DNA of 50,664 bases, filler included, from Trypethelium eluteriae (taxonomy: Eukaryota), in the NCBI GenBank assembly GCA_051942245.1. It is 2 parts of 2 records of this genome, joined end to end, with 100 filler letters (N's around TTAATTAATTAA, not from the genome) between each part and the next. Parts side by side here need not be neighbours in the genome. Positions count along the whole stretch, not along the records: positions 25,391 to 50,664 come from JAVECL010000379.1; 1 more part is not named here. The stretch is one strand, 5' to 3'. Below the pieces are notes generated by a model that made no database searches, was not told the DNA's origin, and worked only from the letters and a program-made list of their open reading frames with translations. Shown piece by piece: positions 37,118-49,262 of the stretch; position 1 is the first letter of the stretch, and every line of letters begins with the position of its first letter. A program made the position numbers and the translations under genes.

Positions 37118-37859
37118 GCTCTGGGTGCATGTTTGTACTGCGGGTTTGTAGTGCGGGGCGACGAGATTCAAGCAGGCGATGAGCCGTTCGTGATCAGATC
37201 GAGGTGTTCGGTGAGGAGTGGTGCGAGGCCGCGATCAACAGGGGAAGCTTCAGAGCAAAGAAGTTGCGACCAATCTCAAACCTTGACCGCGGCGAGGACC
37301 GGGTTGCCGGCATGACGACAACTTTGCTAAACCTTAGCCACGTGGAGAGGAACTGGGGCAGGGTCGATGTTTCGGTTTCGCGCCAGACCGCAACGGAATT
37401 GGTCCCTATGCTGCTCCACTCTGTCGGGATATGCATCGTGTAGAAACCTTTTCTCCGTGCCAGCCAAACCACTCTCAGCTGCCTCCCAACATTCGCTCCC
37501 GACCCAGGTATTGCAGTACGATAGCTGCTGCTTACCACCACCACTCGCTACCCCTCTTGACTCGCCGCTCGCTTCCCGCCTTCAGATCACCAATACACAC
37601 CTCCCGGCCTATCGCTCATTTTTCCGTCCCTAGATACTCCTCTGCGCCACGCCAAAACCCCACATTCACCCTTCCCGCTTCGACGCGCGGTTATGCAACG
37701 GTGCACCTGTCGATGCAATATATACCGCTCCGGCAGCTAGATTTGTCCCCTGAAGCTCGTCGAATGCCGCCACTGCTGCTACTGACCAGGAGGTCCCCGC
37801 ATCCTTGCGGAAGTTGAAGCAGAGACATTATCTTCAGCTGGTCCATCGGGCTCGGGTGC

Positions 37860-39998
37860 ATGATGTTGTGAGTATCGCGCGTCCCAATTGCAGCGGTAGA
37901 CCCTATCAGGGAGTTCCTTTACTGATACCGCCTCTTTAAGCGTCCTACCTCCGCCGCCAAGATATCCTACTACCGGCGGTCTGTACGCTGGACCAGGTGG
38001 TGGAGCTGTACCACTTGTCGAAACCAGCAATTCTCTGACCCATCCCACGGGACCCGAGTACCAATTGTCGGTGGGAGAAGGTAAAATCGTCTAAATCCTC
38101 ATTTTGATTCACTCAGCTCAGCTCGTGCGATGGCCACAGGGACGTACATTCTGCGAGACGATCTCCACCTTGCCACACCACCGCCGCATCCTTCTGAAGC
38201 TCCTGTTGTGAGCAACAATCCTTTGGCAACAGTCCCTCAACCCCCAACCGTTGGCACTCGACTTTCACCTATAATTCTTTCCCCTAGACCATATTCTCGA
38301 CATCGCCTCTATCGCACAACCACAGCAAACAGTGCTCGGTCGATACCACCGAGTAGAAAAGAGGACGCGCAAACACAATCAAGCGATGGGAAACTGGGCT
38401 CTCACGCCAATGGAACGGCTTTATCTTCTCAATACCACGCACCATCATTTGGAGAAGGGAATCCTTCGCTGACTGTTGTCAATGGCAAAGAATCGAAAGA
38501 TCCCTCCAAAAGGCGGAAGCCCAAAACCAATATCATTAAGAGTAGTTCCTCTTTCGTGTCGCGGGTAATCACTTCTGAAGCGCTACAGAAGCGCCTTCAA
38601 GAACACCCAGCAGATGGCCTTTTTGTCTTCGCTAATGTAAATCGAGCCTTTGAATGGCTCGACTTTTCTTCGTCAACCCAGAAATCAGATCATTTGACCA
38701 AAATTCTGTTTACGAAAGCTCATGCCTTATGTCATGATATAAATCCGATCACGAAGAGCACGACCCATATCGATATAGTCATGGGGTTCAACTACGCAGA
38801 CATAATATGGTACGAACCGATCTCGCAGAAATACACCCGTATCAATAAAAATGGCATCATCAACCCGCACCCCGTCACCGATATTGCCTGGCTTCCCGGC
38901 TCCGAGAACCTCTTCCTGGCCTCCCACATGGACGGCACACTCATCGTATACGACAAAGAGAAAGAAGACGCCGCCTTCATCCCCGAAGACGCCACATCCA
39001 ACAGCGACTCGCACCCCGAAAAGCCCATCAACGGCAGCACCAGCGTCGACCGCAGCAGCGCCCTACACGTCAAAAAATCCGTCTCCTCGCGCAACCAAAA
39101 GACCAACCCGGTCGCCGTGTGGAAAGTGTCGAACCAGAAACTCAACGCCTTCGCCCTCTCCCCCGACGGCGTGCACCTCGCCGTCGCCTCCGAAGACGGC
39201 AGCCTGCGCCTAATTAACTACCTCCAGGAATCCGTGCTCGACCTCTACACCTCGTACTACGGCGGGCTAGCGTGCGTCGCCTGGTCTCCGGACGGCCGGT
39301 ACGTGGTGACGGGCGGACAAGACGACCTCGTCAGCATCTGGAGCCTGGCCGACCGCGCGCTCGTCGCCCGCTGCCAGGGCCACAACTCGTGGGTCACGGC
39401 GGTCGCGTTCGACCCCTGGCGCTGCGACGAGCGCAACTATCGCTTCGGCTCCGTCGGTGAGGACTGTCGCTTGCTGCTCTGGGACTTCGCGGTCGGCATG
39501 CTGCATCGCCCCAAGGCGTCGAGCGTGCGGCACCAGGGGCAGCGTGGATCTGTCTCCAGCACGGCGTTTCCGGGGGGGCTGCCGGGGGGCCTGGCGAGGA
39601 AGGAGAGTAATGCGTTGACGAGTACGGTGACGAATGCGACGACGGCGAGTGCGGCGAGTCGGTTGAGGAGTACGTCGAGTTTGACGGCGACGGAGGGGGA
39701 GGAGCAGGGCGTGGATGGCGATATTGTGGTGCATGCGGTGGAGCCGAGGGCAAGGACTGCGATGTTGCCGCCGGTGATGGCGAAGAAGGTGGATGAGCAC
39801 CCTCTGGCATGGTTAGGATTTGAGGAAGATTGTATTCTGACGGCTTGCTTGAATGGTGAGTAACTTCTCTATGAGCGTATTTGCAGAGACAAGAGATTGA
39901 TGTTTCTGGCTTTAGGACATATTCGAACCTGGGATCGACCGAAGGAAGGCACTGGAACAGCTGATGGCGTGACGGATATGTCACATGGTAGTTCATGA
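37860..39998 (+). CDS. creC: WD40-repeat catabolite repression protein CreC
   Basis: [12 protein letters not shown]...[32 protein letters not shown]40 repeats ([32 protein letters not shown]); GHIRTWDRP. Introns 37868-37940, 38081-38139 and 39856-39915. Confidence 0.94.
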
Positions 39999-41728
39999 TA
40001 CTTCCCGTCTCTAACTGAGGTGAGAAAAGTGATGGGTGAAATCGTCCTGCCGACGGATTTGTGTTTTCATTTGAGCGCATTTGAAGGGCAGCGTGGCATA
40101 TTGATCTTGATCTAGAGCATGTGTCACGTATTTTAGAGCTTTCAATGATCGTTGGAGCGATTCTACGATACCATTTTGTACGATATTGACAGTTAGCTTC
40201 TGGGCAGCCGTTGGTGTCTTTGGCGTATCTGCGCCTTGTCAATTCAAGTGTATAACCTTCAGGCTTCCAGGCTGTATTAGAGACGTGGAAATGCCTCTAT
40301 GCTCTGATAATAGCCTGTTTGTCTTCTCGATATACTTGGTATCCATTGATAAATCATCCAATGATTGGGGAGCGTTGAACAAATATTGTGGGCTCGATGC
40401 TAACTGGCGGTGCGAACTTAGACCAGCGAAGTGCGGAAAGTCAAGCGACCATCCTGAGAGCGCCTCGTCGGCCCCCAAATACTCTGGTAGGGCAACCAGA
40501 TACCTGTTATCGCCATGCCGGGCCATCCATTGTGGACAATATCCCGAGAATAGGAAGTTTAGTACTGGCAATTCGAGAAATAGTTGGATCTCAGCGGAGC
40601 TCCTGATGGTGACTCTTCCTTCTCTTTATCGAACAGCGGCAATGGAGGTCCGAGGTGGTAAGTGGTACCGAGGCATTGGGGCTACATTGCATTAGAAACA
40701 ACCAATTTACTTCTCAATGAGGCTCGGCTCGTGAACTGTAATCATGGCGCTATGCTGCGATAAGCGACTTGATGACTGATCGTATAGTAGAGGGATTCTC
40801 TGCAGGCTCTGGGGAGACCCTGGAAGATCTCGTCTGATATCTCAACTGCGATCCACAAAATCTGCGACGCTATCAAAAGCATGGCCCAAATATCTTGATA
40901 CCAGCCTTGTTTTGTTTGGTGTTTCGAGGCATGATAGTCAGGAACCGGGGCAAATCTAAGATCGCCTGCAAGGATGTCAAGCCACAGTCTGCTCGTCATC
41001 AGCACCAGCCGGGGGAGCCTTTGAGTTGGAGCACAAAGACTCCGAAGTCTGTTTGCAGCCGAAATGTTGGTGCAGGAGAAGGGGCTAAGTCAGCGTCTCA
41101 CACGCCGCAGAAGGCGTCAGCTCGGTTCCATTGAGGCTGTCCGCGGATGTGTGTTATATGAGCAGCTGGATTCCTGGGTTGTCGCGAGGCAGAAGTACAA
41201 ACTTGATTTTCTCTTCTCGCCGCTTACCGGTTTCTTCGACGAGGCAAGGCTTTGCGGTAGGCTATCCGTGCTTGTGGCCCACTCTTTCGTCAAGCCGTTC
41301 CCGCCGTTTCCTTCCGAACTCCCGATACGGAAGTCCGATATCTGTTGATATCCTGTGAATTTTCTGCTCTACCTTACACATGCTAAGTGAGGACCCGCAG
41401 CGAAAATTTCCCTGCTGTTGTTCGCTTCACCTTCCCGGCGCCCTCTGGCTATCGGAGTGCTCCGAGCCAATTGGCAAGGGCTGCCTGGGATTGACACCTG
41501 CCTTGCGGGCCATTCCTTGCTCAGAAGCATGCCACCATCATCACATCACTCATGCTCCCACTCACCGCGCGATCTTTATATAATCGCTGACGGCTTTCAT
41601 GATTAGCTCCACGCCCGTCCCTTCTCCCACGAAGGGTCAAGTATACTACAACGGTAGGCAAACGGCGTTGGAAAGTTTCCTTTCCTCTCGGAACGGAAAC
41701 CACCGAGACATCCAAGTCTCAATACTCC

Positions 41729-43812
41729 ATGCCAGCACCCAAAATCCTAAGCGCCCAGGGCGCCGGGAAAGCCGATCTCGACATCATGTACGCGGAATCT
41801 AGCCACTTTATCACCCGAAGCCAAAAAACTGACATTAGCACTGCAGTCCTGACTCAGAGTTCGTTGTGTTCCATGGCAATGAGCACGAGGCCGGCGAAGT
41901 CGAGCTCTATGGAAAGGTGATCCTTAATACACCGGAATCTTTGAATTTCAAGACAATCAAGGTCTCCCTGGAAGGTAGAAGAAAAATCTCGTATGATTTC
42001 CTACTGAACAAACACGACTGAAATTAAAATTGACTGACTGACATGTTAGATGGTCAATCAACACTGTCACAGGGGCCGATATCACTGATAAGAAGACATT
42101 TTATGTTGAAGAGAAACCCTTAACCTTGGGGCCGTCGTCCTCTGGGACGCACAAACTCCACCGCGGTCAACATGCCTTCCCTTTCAAGTTCTCCCTTACT
42201 GGGGCCATGCCTGAAAGCATCGAGGGCATGGACAATTCCTGGATTGTGTACACACTGCAGGCGAGAATTGAAAGGGGAGTTTTATTTGCGAAAGATTTGA
42301 TAGCCAGTCGACACATACGTCTTGTGAGGACATTAGGACAAGATGAGCTTGAGACGGTTCAAAGTAGGGTAAGATACTGGGACGTCGCTGCGCTCAGATC
42401 GGAAAGCTGACTCGTGTGGATTATAGTCAAATCAGGACATCTGGACAAACAAGATCAGCTATAACATAAGCCTTCCAAGCGATGCATACATCTTCGGGAC
42501 TTCAATCACGGCAGATGTGGAGTTGACACCTATCAGGAAAGGACTCCGTATGGGGAAGATTGAATTGCAACTCCTCGAGAGGAGTACACTCAGAATATTT
42601 GCCAATGAAATGATATCATCTGGCCAGGAGCCTGTACACATGAATGTACATGAGATGGAAGTCGCGAAAGTCCAAATGGATTTTCCGGAGGACTCCCTAA
42701 TATCAATACCTAACCCAGATCCAAATGCGCTCATGGATGAAATGTACAAATTTCCGCTGCACTTGCCATTGCCACGATCTTTGAAACGGTGCCGGCAAAA
42801 TGTCAGAGATCCGAGGATCAAGATCGAACACATCTGGAGGTTGAGGGTTAACCTGCATAATCCTGAAGGTCACATTTCGCAACTGGTCTGCAAGATTCCA
42901 ATCAAGCTATTCATATCTCCAAATCTTCCTATCAACGCTGATCAAGATGTTTGCCCCGGCCCGAACCAGGCATCGGAAGCTTTCATTAATCAGCAAGAGA
43001 CGACTCTGGTTGCGCCGCCTGAATATGGCGCACATCGCTTGGATCAACTGTACAATGACATTGACCCAAGCGGTTACAGAACGCCGCATCCTGGAGCAAT
43101 GTCCGGGAGTGGTGGAAATACGCCTCCCTTGGGTCGTAGTCGTTCGGACTCCACTGAAAACGTCACATCGCTTATGCATCCTATTGACGACAATACTGAT
43201 GGCGGGAATCATGGAAGTGGAGGTGGGGTCTCAGCGAGCGCCATCCATTCACGGCTCAGCAACCTGCAAGAACAGGGCTCTGTACGCTGGGCTCGTTCAC
43301 AAACTCACCATTTTTCGCCCCATACCCCAGCGGCATTGGGCCCAGGAGCGGATTATTTCACTCAGTCGGGGGGCCGAAATAGCAGGCATTCTCCTTCACC
43401 CAGCCAAACGGTATCACCGAGACCGTCCGACGAGAATGCGAATGAAACTGGAGATTCTACTGACCCAATGATGTCGAACCTTTCTAGGGTTCCTTCGTAT
43501 AACACTGCTGTCCACACTCCACGTCCAGAGAATCCAGTTGACACTAGCCTACCTACGTACGAGGTGGCGACAAGTCGTCCGCCGACACCTGACCTGCAGC
43601 GTCCAGGCCAAGCGCACTTCAGAGGTGGTCACGGCAGTGGAAGCAATCTTCAGGAAATGACGCTGGTCAATGATGAATCCGAGATCAATGCTGGTGTGAC
43701 CTCACGGACAAACTTACCAGACAATCGTGTGCCGCCACCGGCACATCATCAGCCAGGCACCGACGGAGACGATGAAGAAGCCCGGTTAAGACTTTTGAGG
43801 GCAGCTAATTGA
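41729..43812 (+). CDS. creD: Alpha-arrestin, CreD/Rod1-like HECT-ligase adaptor
   Basis: Arrestin N/C domains (FVVFHGNEHEA, FPFKF.L.G.MPESIEG, NLHNPEGHISQL) and PY motifs PPEY, VPSY and LPTY; introns 41788-41846, 41991-42049 and 42369-42426. Confidence 0.88.
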
Positions 43813-44691
43813 TGAATCTGGAAAGTGCATGACTATGTTTAAATTGGGCGTCTTTGGAATGGATTTGATTTGAGATACACCGCAGTGGCTATCGATGCAT
43901 TCTAACCTTTCGGAAAGGGCGTTACAAAAGAGGTTGAAGTCTCAGAAGATTATTCAGTTAGCAAAAAGGCACACAGTACTACCTTATGTTGGTCGTTTCG
44001 GAGCAGCGTGGAGTTGTAGGGACAGTTGATGCTGCGTGGCATTTGGAACGGCGCTGTTGTCCTCTTGGCTCATCTCCTCTTTTCTGAACAGTGATGTGCA
44101 TTATGCTTACTAGAGCCCCACAATTAAAGACCTCTCGTATCATTCTAAAGCTTTATGAGTTACTCCGAATTGATGTTGGCCGCGATCAGATGCTCTATGA
44201 CAGCGCTAAGGATATGGCACTAGCTGAGTGGCCACTGTAGCAATATGATCGACGGTCCAAACAGTGCGTCCATCGGATGAGGCTCGATGACTCTGCATAA
44301 TGGGTGAACGAACTAATGATCAATACATGTACTACCAGAAAGGTACATTGCCAGGAATTTTGGTGTGGTGGTGTGTATTGGCTAGAAACGGGAGAATGAA
44401 CGGACTTGAACTTGAATCGTTTAGGGCGGCGCGGGGCTTTATCTTGTGGCTTGATAGACAGCGGAAGGACGTCATAGCTTCGGTCTAGATTGTCATGCCT
44501 GTGTCGATCCCCATCCGAATTATTTTGCATCATCTATCCACCATAACCTGCTGGCCACCTTATTAGACCTCCACCTCCTACTCGAATGATCTAGATCTTA
44601 ACGTTATTCCTGCTGATACGATTAGAGTCCTGAAGACTATTCAACCTTCTTTTTCATTTATAACCTTTGTTTTCATTCCTTTCGCGCAAAG

Positions 44692-46347
44692 ATGGCAACG
44701 GCGGACCTCCCTTCGCGGCAGGGAACCCTGAAAAGCACAACAACAATGAGAAGCAATGATGACGATGATGCAATCCCGGACGAAGACGCAAGTGAGGTCA
44801 GCTAAACCCCGACAAATTCCTGTGTCCGACCTTCATACGTCTTGCTAGAACCTCCTACTTACTTCGAGATAGGTAACCAAACTTTTCAACGAGAGATTGC
44901 AAGCCTGGAAGCACGCGTGTGGGTACTTAGAGGACTATATACAAGCTCAAGAGAAAATGCAGAATGCGCATGGGAAGGAATACGAGAAAGTTGTAAAGGT
45001 TAGGATTCATTCAGCTTGTCAAAATGATCGCGCCCTAACCCTGAGAATGCAGACTGTATCAAATCCTCTGAAAGAGAGTCACCATTTCGACCAAAACGTT
45101 GGTGGTGTAGCGGAGCTTTTTGAAAACCTTCGTGCTAATACGCAGGTACGAATTGATGAATCTACAGGAGAAGCGCCAACACTGATGACGTTTTTAAGGC
45201 CGTATCGAATTCACATCATGAGACAGCAAAGATATTGAAGGGTTCTGTGCTTCCAATATTCACAAGATTACATGCAGAAATCAAGAACAAGAATAAGGAA
45301 CTCACTAAAGGTGCTGGCAAGAGCAGCAAAGCCGTCGACAAAGCCCGAACGGTAACACAGAAGCATATTGAGTTACTAGGCCAGAACACGGCGTCGTTTG
45401 ATTCCACTGGAGGAAAGACCGATGCTGCAAATGATCCATATATCCTCCAGCGCGGTATCTATCACAGACTGAACAAGCAAATCCAAGAAGAGAATAACAA
45501 CAAGAGAGACATGCTCTCGGTTCAGTCCGCCTTTTCATCCTTCGAAGCCCACGTCCTCAATACTATTCAACAAGGCCTTGTGCAACTTGTTCAAGTCCTC
45601 AATCAACAATCGGACAACCAAAAGACACTGTACACTGACACTCTCACCACCGCCCAGCAGATCGCCCCCGACTTCGAATGGAACGGCTTCGTCCAACGCA
45701 ACAACAACATCCTCATCGACCCCAACGCCCCAGACCGCAACGTCCGATCCATCTCCTTCCCCAATCAAGACCACAAAGCCACGCAGCCCATGATCGCCGG
45801 GAGCCTCGAGCGCAAAGGCAAGATGCTCAAGAAATACGAGACGGGCTACTACGTCGTGTCGCAATCCAAATTCCTGCACGAGTTCAAAACCGACGACGAC
45901 TTCCAGCGCGACCCCGTCCCGGAAAATTCGCTCTATCTCCCGGACTGCGCCGTCGGCGCCCTTGACGGCACCAAGTTCAACGTCAAGGGCAAGGACGTCA
46001 GCAAGGGCAAGCTCGGCAATAACTTCTCCATGAATCACGAGCTGCAGTTCAAGGCGCACACCGCGGCGGATGCTGCGAAGTGGTGGGAGATCATCAGGCG
46101 CTGTGCGGGGCAGCTGACGGAGGAGAGGCCCGATGTTAGCGAGCCTAATTCGCCGGTGGATGGGGGGAAGAGGGTCGGGTCGGGCCTGAGCCAGGTGGAG
46201 CAACCGTCTCGGACGGGGACGATGGAGACGCAGGCGAGTGCGGGTGCGACTGGGGAGTCTATGGAGGCGAGGGAGGCGAGGGAGGCTGCAGAGGATAGGC
46301 AAGCGGCGGTGTCTGGTGCTGGTACGAATGCGGGGCAGCAGGTCTGA
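44692..46347 (+). CDS. Slm1-like BAR + PH domain protein
   Basis: ERLQAWKHACGYLEDY, coiled-coil/BAR region and PH domain (GSLERKGKMLKKYETGYYVV...FLHEFK...SLYLPDC...KWWEII); introns 44797-44872, 44999-45052 and 45146-45198. Confidence 0.85.
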
Positions 46348-46840
46348 GTCTGGGTTCGAAGTGGGTTCAATTGCCAATTGAGCGCTTGAGTCGGTTGGAT
46401 GTTTGGGGGACCTAACGTCGTATGGCATGCGTTACGAGCGGCTCCGTCGAATTGTGATCTTACTCCGTTTTTGCTAATTGTGTAGTCTGATATTTTGTAC
46501 GAGCTTGAAGCATGTATTCTTCTTAAGAGAAGACGGTGATCACATCTGCTGTGAATCTCTACATTGGGTGATAGACTGTCTTGTTCCGTCAACCCCTGCA
46601 GAAGGATCCTGTACAATCCCTGGTTGATATTCTAGGCAACGCAATTCTTCAAACACTCGTTGGTCAATTGACTGCTGCGCCGCGGTGCTACTTCGAAGAT
46701 CAATCAGGCAGCAGATTTATGCTACACAATAGCGAGCTACACCAAAGATCCCCTCATTCTATTTATTATTAGGGAATACCCGCCCCTCTTTTCCTTCAGC
46801 TGCTCCACCATCTTGTTCTGACTCCGTCACTGCTACAAAG

Positions 46841-48250
46841 ATGAAGAACTGTTTCGGAAGGATTTTCAAGCGCTCTGGCGATGTAAAGCACAATGGCGTT
46901 GCCAACGAGAAGCCGCAGTCCAAAGATGGCCAGGGAAGCTTGAGCTCTAGCTCGAGCATGGAAACCTCACGGGGAGATGGCATTAGTGTTCCAAAATCAG
47001 ATGAAAATATACCACACGTTACAAGCATCAGCGTCCCAAAATCACATGAAAATATCCCGCATATTACAATTCACCCAGCTAAACATGCAGCTACAAAATG
47101 GTACCAAAAAGGTGTCTCAACTGCGGACGAACTATTCCATGGTGCGGCGCCTGAGAAGCATCCTGAGAGCCAGAAAATACTTCAGGGAACGTTTCAAGGA
47201 TTCGATTTTGACCAGAACACCATTTGCGCGTCCACGAATGGTTTAGTCCGCAGTGCCATCTACGCTTACGGGAGGCACTATCATCTCACACTACGACCTG
47301 ATGACGTTTGGTTTGCAATCCTGACCCAAGTTGGCTTCTACATCAACAAGCACGCCGAAGAGCTGCGAAATCATTTCGTGGAACACGAAGGAAAGAAAAA
47401 GCTTGTAGTCGAACGCTATGGTACCATCGAGACTGTCGATATCGGAGAAATGTCTGTTGAGATGTCGAATCTCATCCAAGCCAACGTCAAGGATCCTGAT
47501 CTGCAGAAATGGATTATGCCAAATTTTAGCACGACAAAAGAAGAGGACATTGTGGTCGCATCAGTACTAATGATGGGCGCAATGCAGAAATATTTTGCGT
47601 ACTTTTATGCATGCTGTTGTGGAATTCCATCAGTAACACTGCTGGGCACAAGGGAGGACTGGCTTGAGATGTTCTGCAGACTTAAAAAGCTTAAGGAGCT
47701 TGGAGAAGAGCCGACAGAATTTTACGCCGTCTTGAAACCAATTCTGTCGTTTTTTGTGCGTTCTTTCGATGAACCAGACAGTCCTCAGGTCATCGACTTC
47801 TGGCAGAAAATTGCAGAAGAGGACGGCGGAAGTGGAAACACTTACCTGTCCGGCTGGATCACTGCCTTTTGCTTCTGGGACGCTGATGGCAACCGTATGA
47901 TGAGAAACCTGAATCAAACAGAAGACATCAGTATGATTCAAGTCGATGACACTCTCAACTTCGACTTAGATATTGCACTCAAAGGGAGGATCGACACTGA
48001 CGTCGTGCCAGCGGGTTTCGCAGTGGTGCCAGCAACGGTCAACGATAATGGGGAGGAATACAAGACCAAGTTGATCGCAGGCTCCATAGGGATCCAGGTG
48101 ACGAGTAGTGGACAGAAATTGGATGAAGGGCCCATCTATAGCCACCAGCAAGGTCAGCAGAGAAAGCCGACAGGTATTCCAGGTTTAGATTCTCTACAGC
48201 CTGTGACCGGATGGTGGATGTACAAATTGAAGCCGGAGCTTCAGGAGTAG
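46841..48250 (+). CDS. DUF4419 domain protein
   Basis: NGLV..AI.AY..HYHLTLRPDDVWFAILTQ, PNFSTT..D...ASV.MMG.M..YF, CGIPSVTLLG..EDW and YLSGWITAFCFW; intronless. Confidence 0.85.
   Translation: MKNCFGRIFKRSGDVKHNGVANEKPQSKDGQGSLSSSSSMETSRGDGISVPKSDENIPHVTSISVPKSHENIPHITIHPAKHAATKWYQKGVSTADELFHGAAPEKHPESQKILQGTFQGFDFDQNTICASTNGLVRSAIYAYGRHYHLTLRPDDVWFAILTQVGFYINKHAEELRNHFVEHEGKKKLVVERYGTIETVDIGEMSVEMSNLIQANVKDPDLQKWIMPNFSTTKEEDIVVASVLMMGAMQKYFAYFYACCCGIPSVTLLGTREDWLEMFCRLKKLKELGEEPTEFYAVLKPILSFFVRSFDEPDSPQVIDFWQKIAEEDGGSGNTYLSGWITAFCFWDADGNRMMRNLNQTEDISMIQVDDTLNFDLDIALKGRIDTDVVPAGFAVVPATVNDNGEEYKTKLIAGSIGIQVTSSGQKLDEGPIYSHQQGQQRKPTGIPGLDSLQPVTGWWMYKLKPELQE
46982..47068 (+). repeat. Diverged 45-nt in-frame tandem duplication (ISVPKSDENIPHVTS / ISVPKSHENIPHIT)
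   Basis: Direct codon-by-codon comparison of the two copies. Confidence 0.85.
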
Positions 48251-48536
48251 GGATTGGACGGTGTCCAGCTACACAAGTAGAAATTTCGAGGTTATTCTAT
48301 TCATCGTAATAGCAACGAGATATGCAATAAGTGACGTTGACGGACTATACCGGCGTCCGAGATGCCTGACTTCGGGTTGAGATCTGTTGGGGCCCTCCTT
48401 GGATTGGAGGAAGTCAGATTGGGATACCATGATATCTTTTGCTGCTTCTCATCCAATAGAATACTGAATTCTTTATTCAATCTTGTATGAATTTGTTGAG
48501 GGAATGCTGAAGTCCACTGAGGTCAGAGTGTCGACC

Positions 48537-49262
48537 ACGCGTAAGAACATCGGTACGTCTTATTTGGGATTGGAATATCCGAGACGAGATGATTTCCCGT
48601 GCAAGTTGATTGGCGGATCCTATTGTAGTCGGTATTTAGCCAATGCTGTGGCAAATTTGACTCGATGGTGGACGCGAAAGATTACTGGAAATTGCCCGGA
48701 TGAAATTGCGGTGGAAGACTATTGGTCTCAATAGAGCCAGCTGTGAGGTAGAGAAGTTCATGTAGGTATATAGCATGGCACAGTGGCACAATAGATGTCG
48801 GAGATGGGAGTTGGAACTCTTAGCGCTATCGATACGGTAAGCGCAAGTTCGCGTGAGGTTGGCGGCAACTGCCCGCCGGGGTGCATGTTTACCGCCGCTG
48901 AAGAGCAAAACAATCAACTTCTTTCGCCGACCTCAACGCTTCCAACCGGTCCGGGCCAAAGCCTTCGCGGGTTACCGACGCGATACCCTCCACTTCAAAG
49001 AGATACGTGACCTCGGTTTCACTCAATTGGTCATCCATCGTTTTGGCGTGATCTCGATCTCCAACTCAAATAGTGCTACCCGCGAATGAGGACCACCCTA
49101 CAAAGCTATCAGAACCTCTGAAGTGACGGTCAAAGCTAATTCTTGCCATGGAGAACTATCAGAAATTGGAGAAGATTGGCGAAGGTATTTACAAGCCGAT
49201 TTCTCATTTCATTTTGGACTTCGTACCATCAGACGCGAATTCAACATTTTAACTCTACGCGT
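48537..49262. promoter_or_regulatory. MCB/SCB-like (ACGCGT/ACGCGA/CGCGAA) cluster in the cdk1 promoter and intron 1
   Basis: ACGCGT 48537 and 49257; ACGCGAAA 48672; TTCGCGT 48848; TTCGCG 48964; ACGCGA 48978; CGCGAA 49081; ACGCGAA ~49233. Confidence 0.55.
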
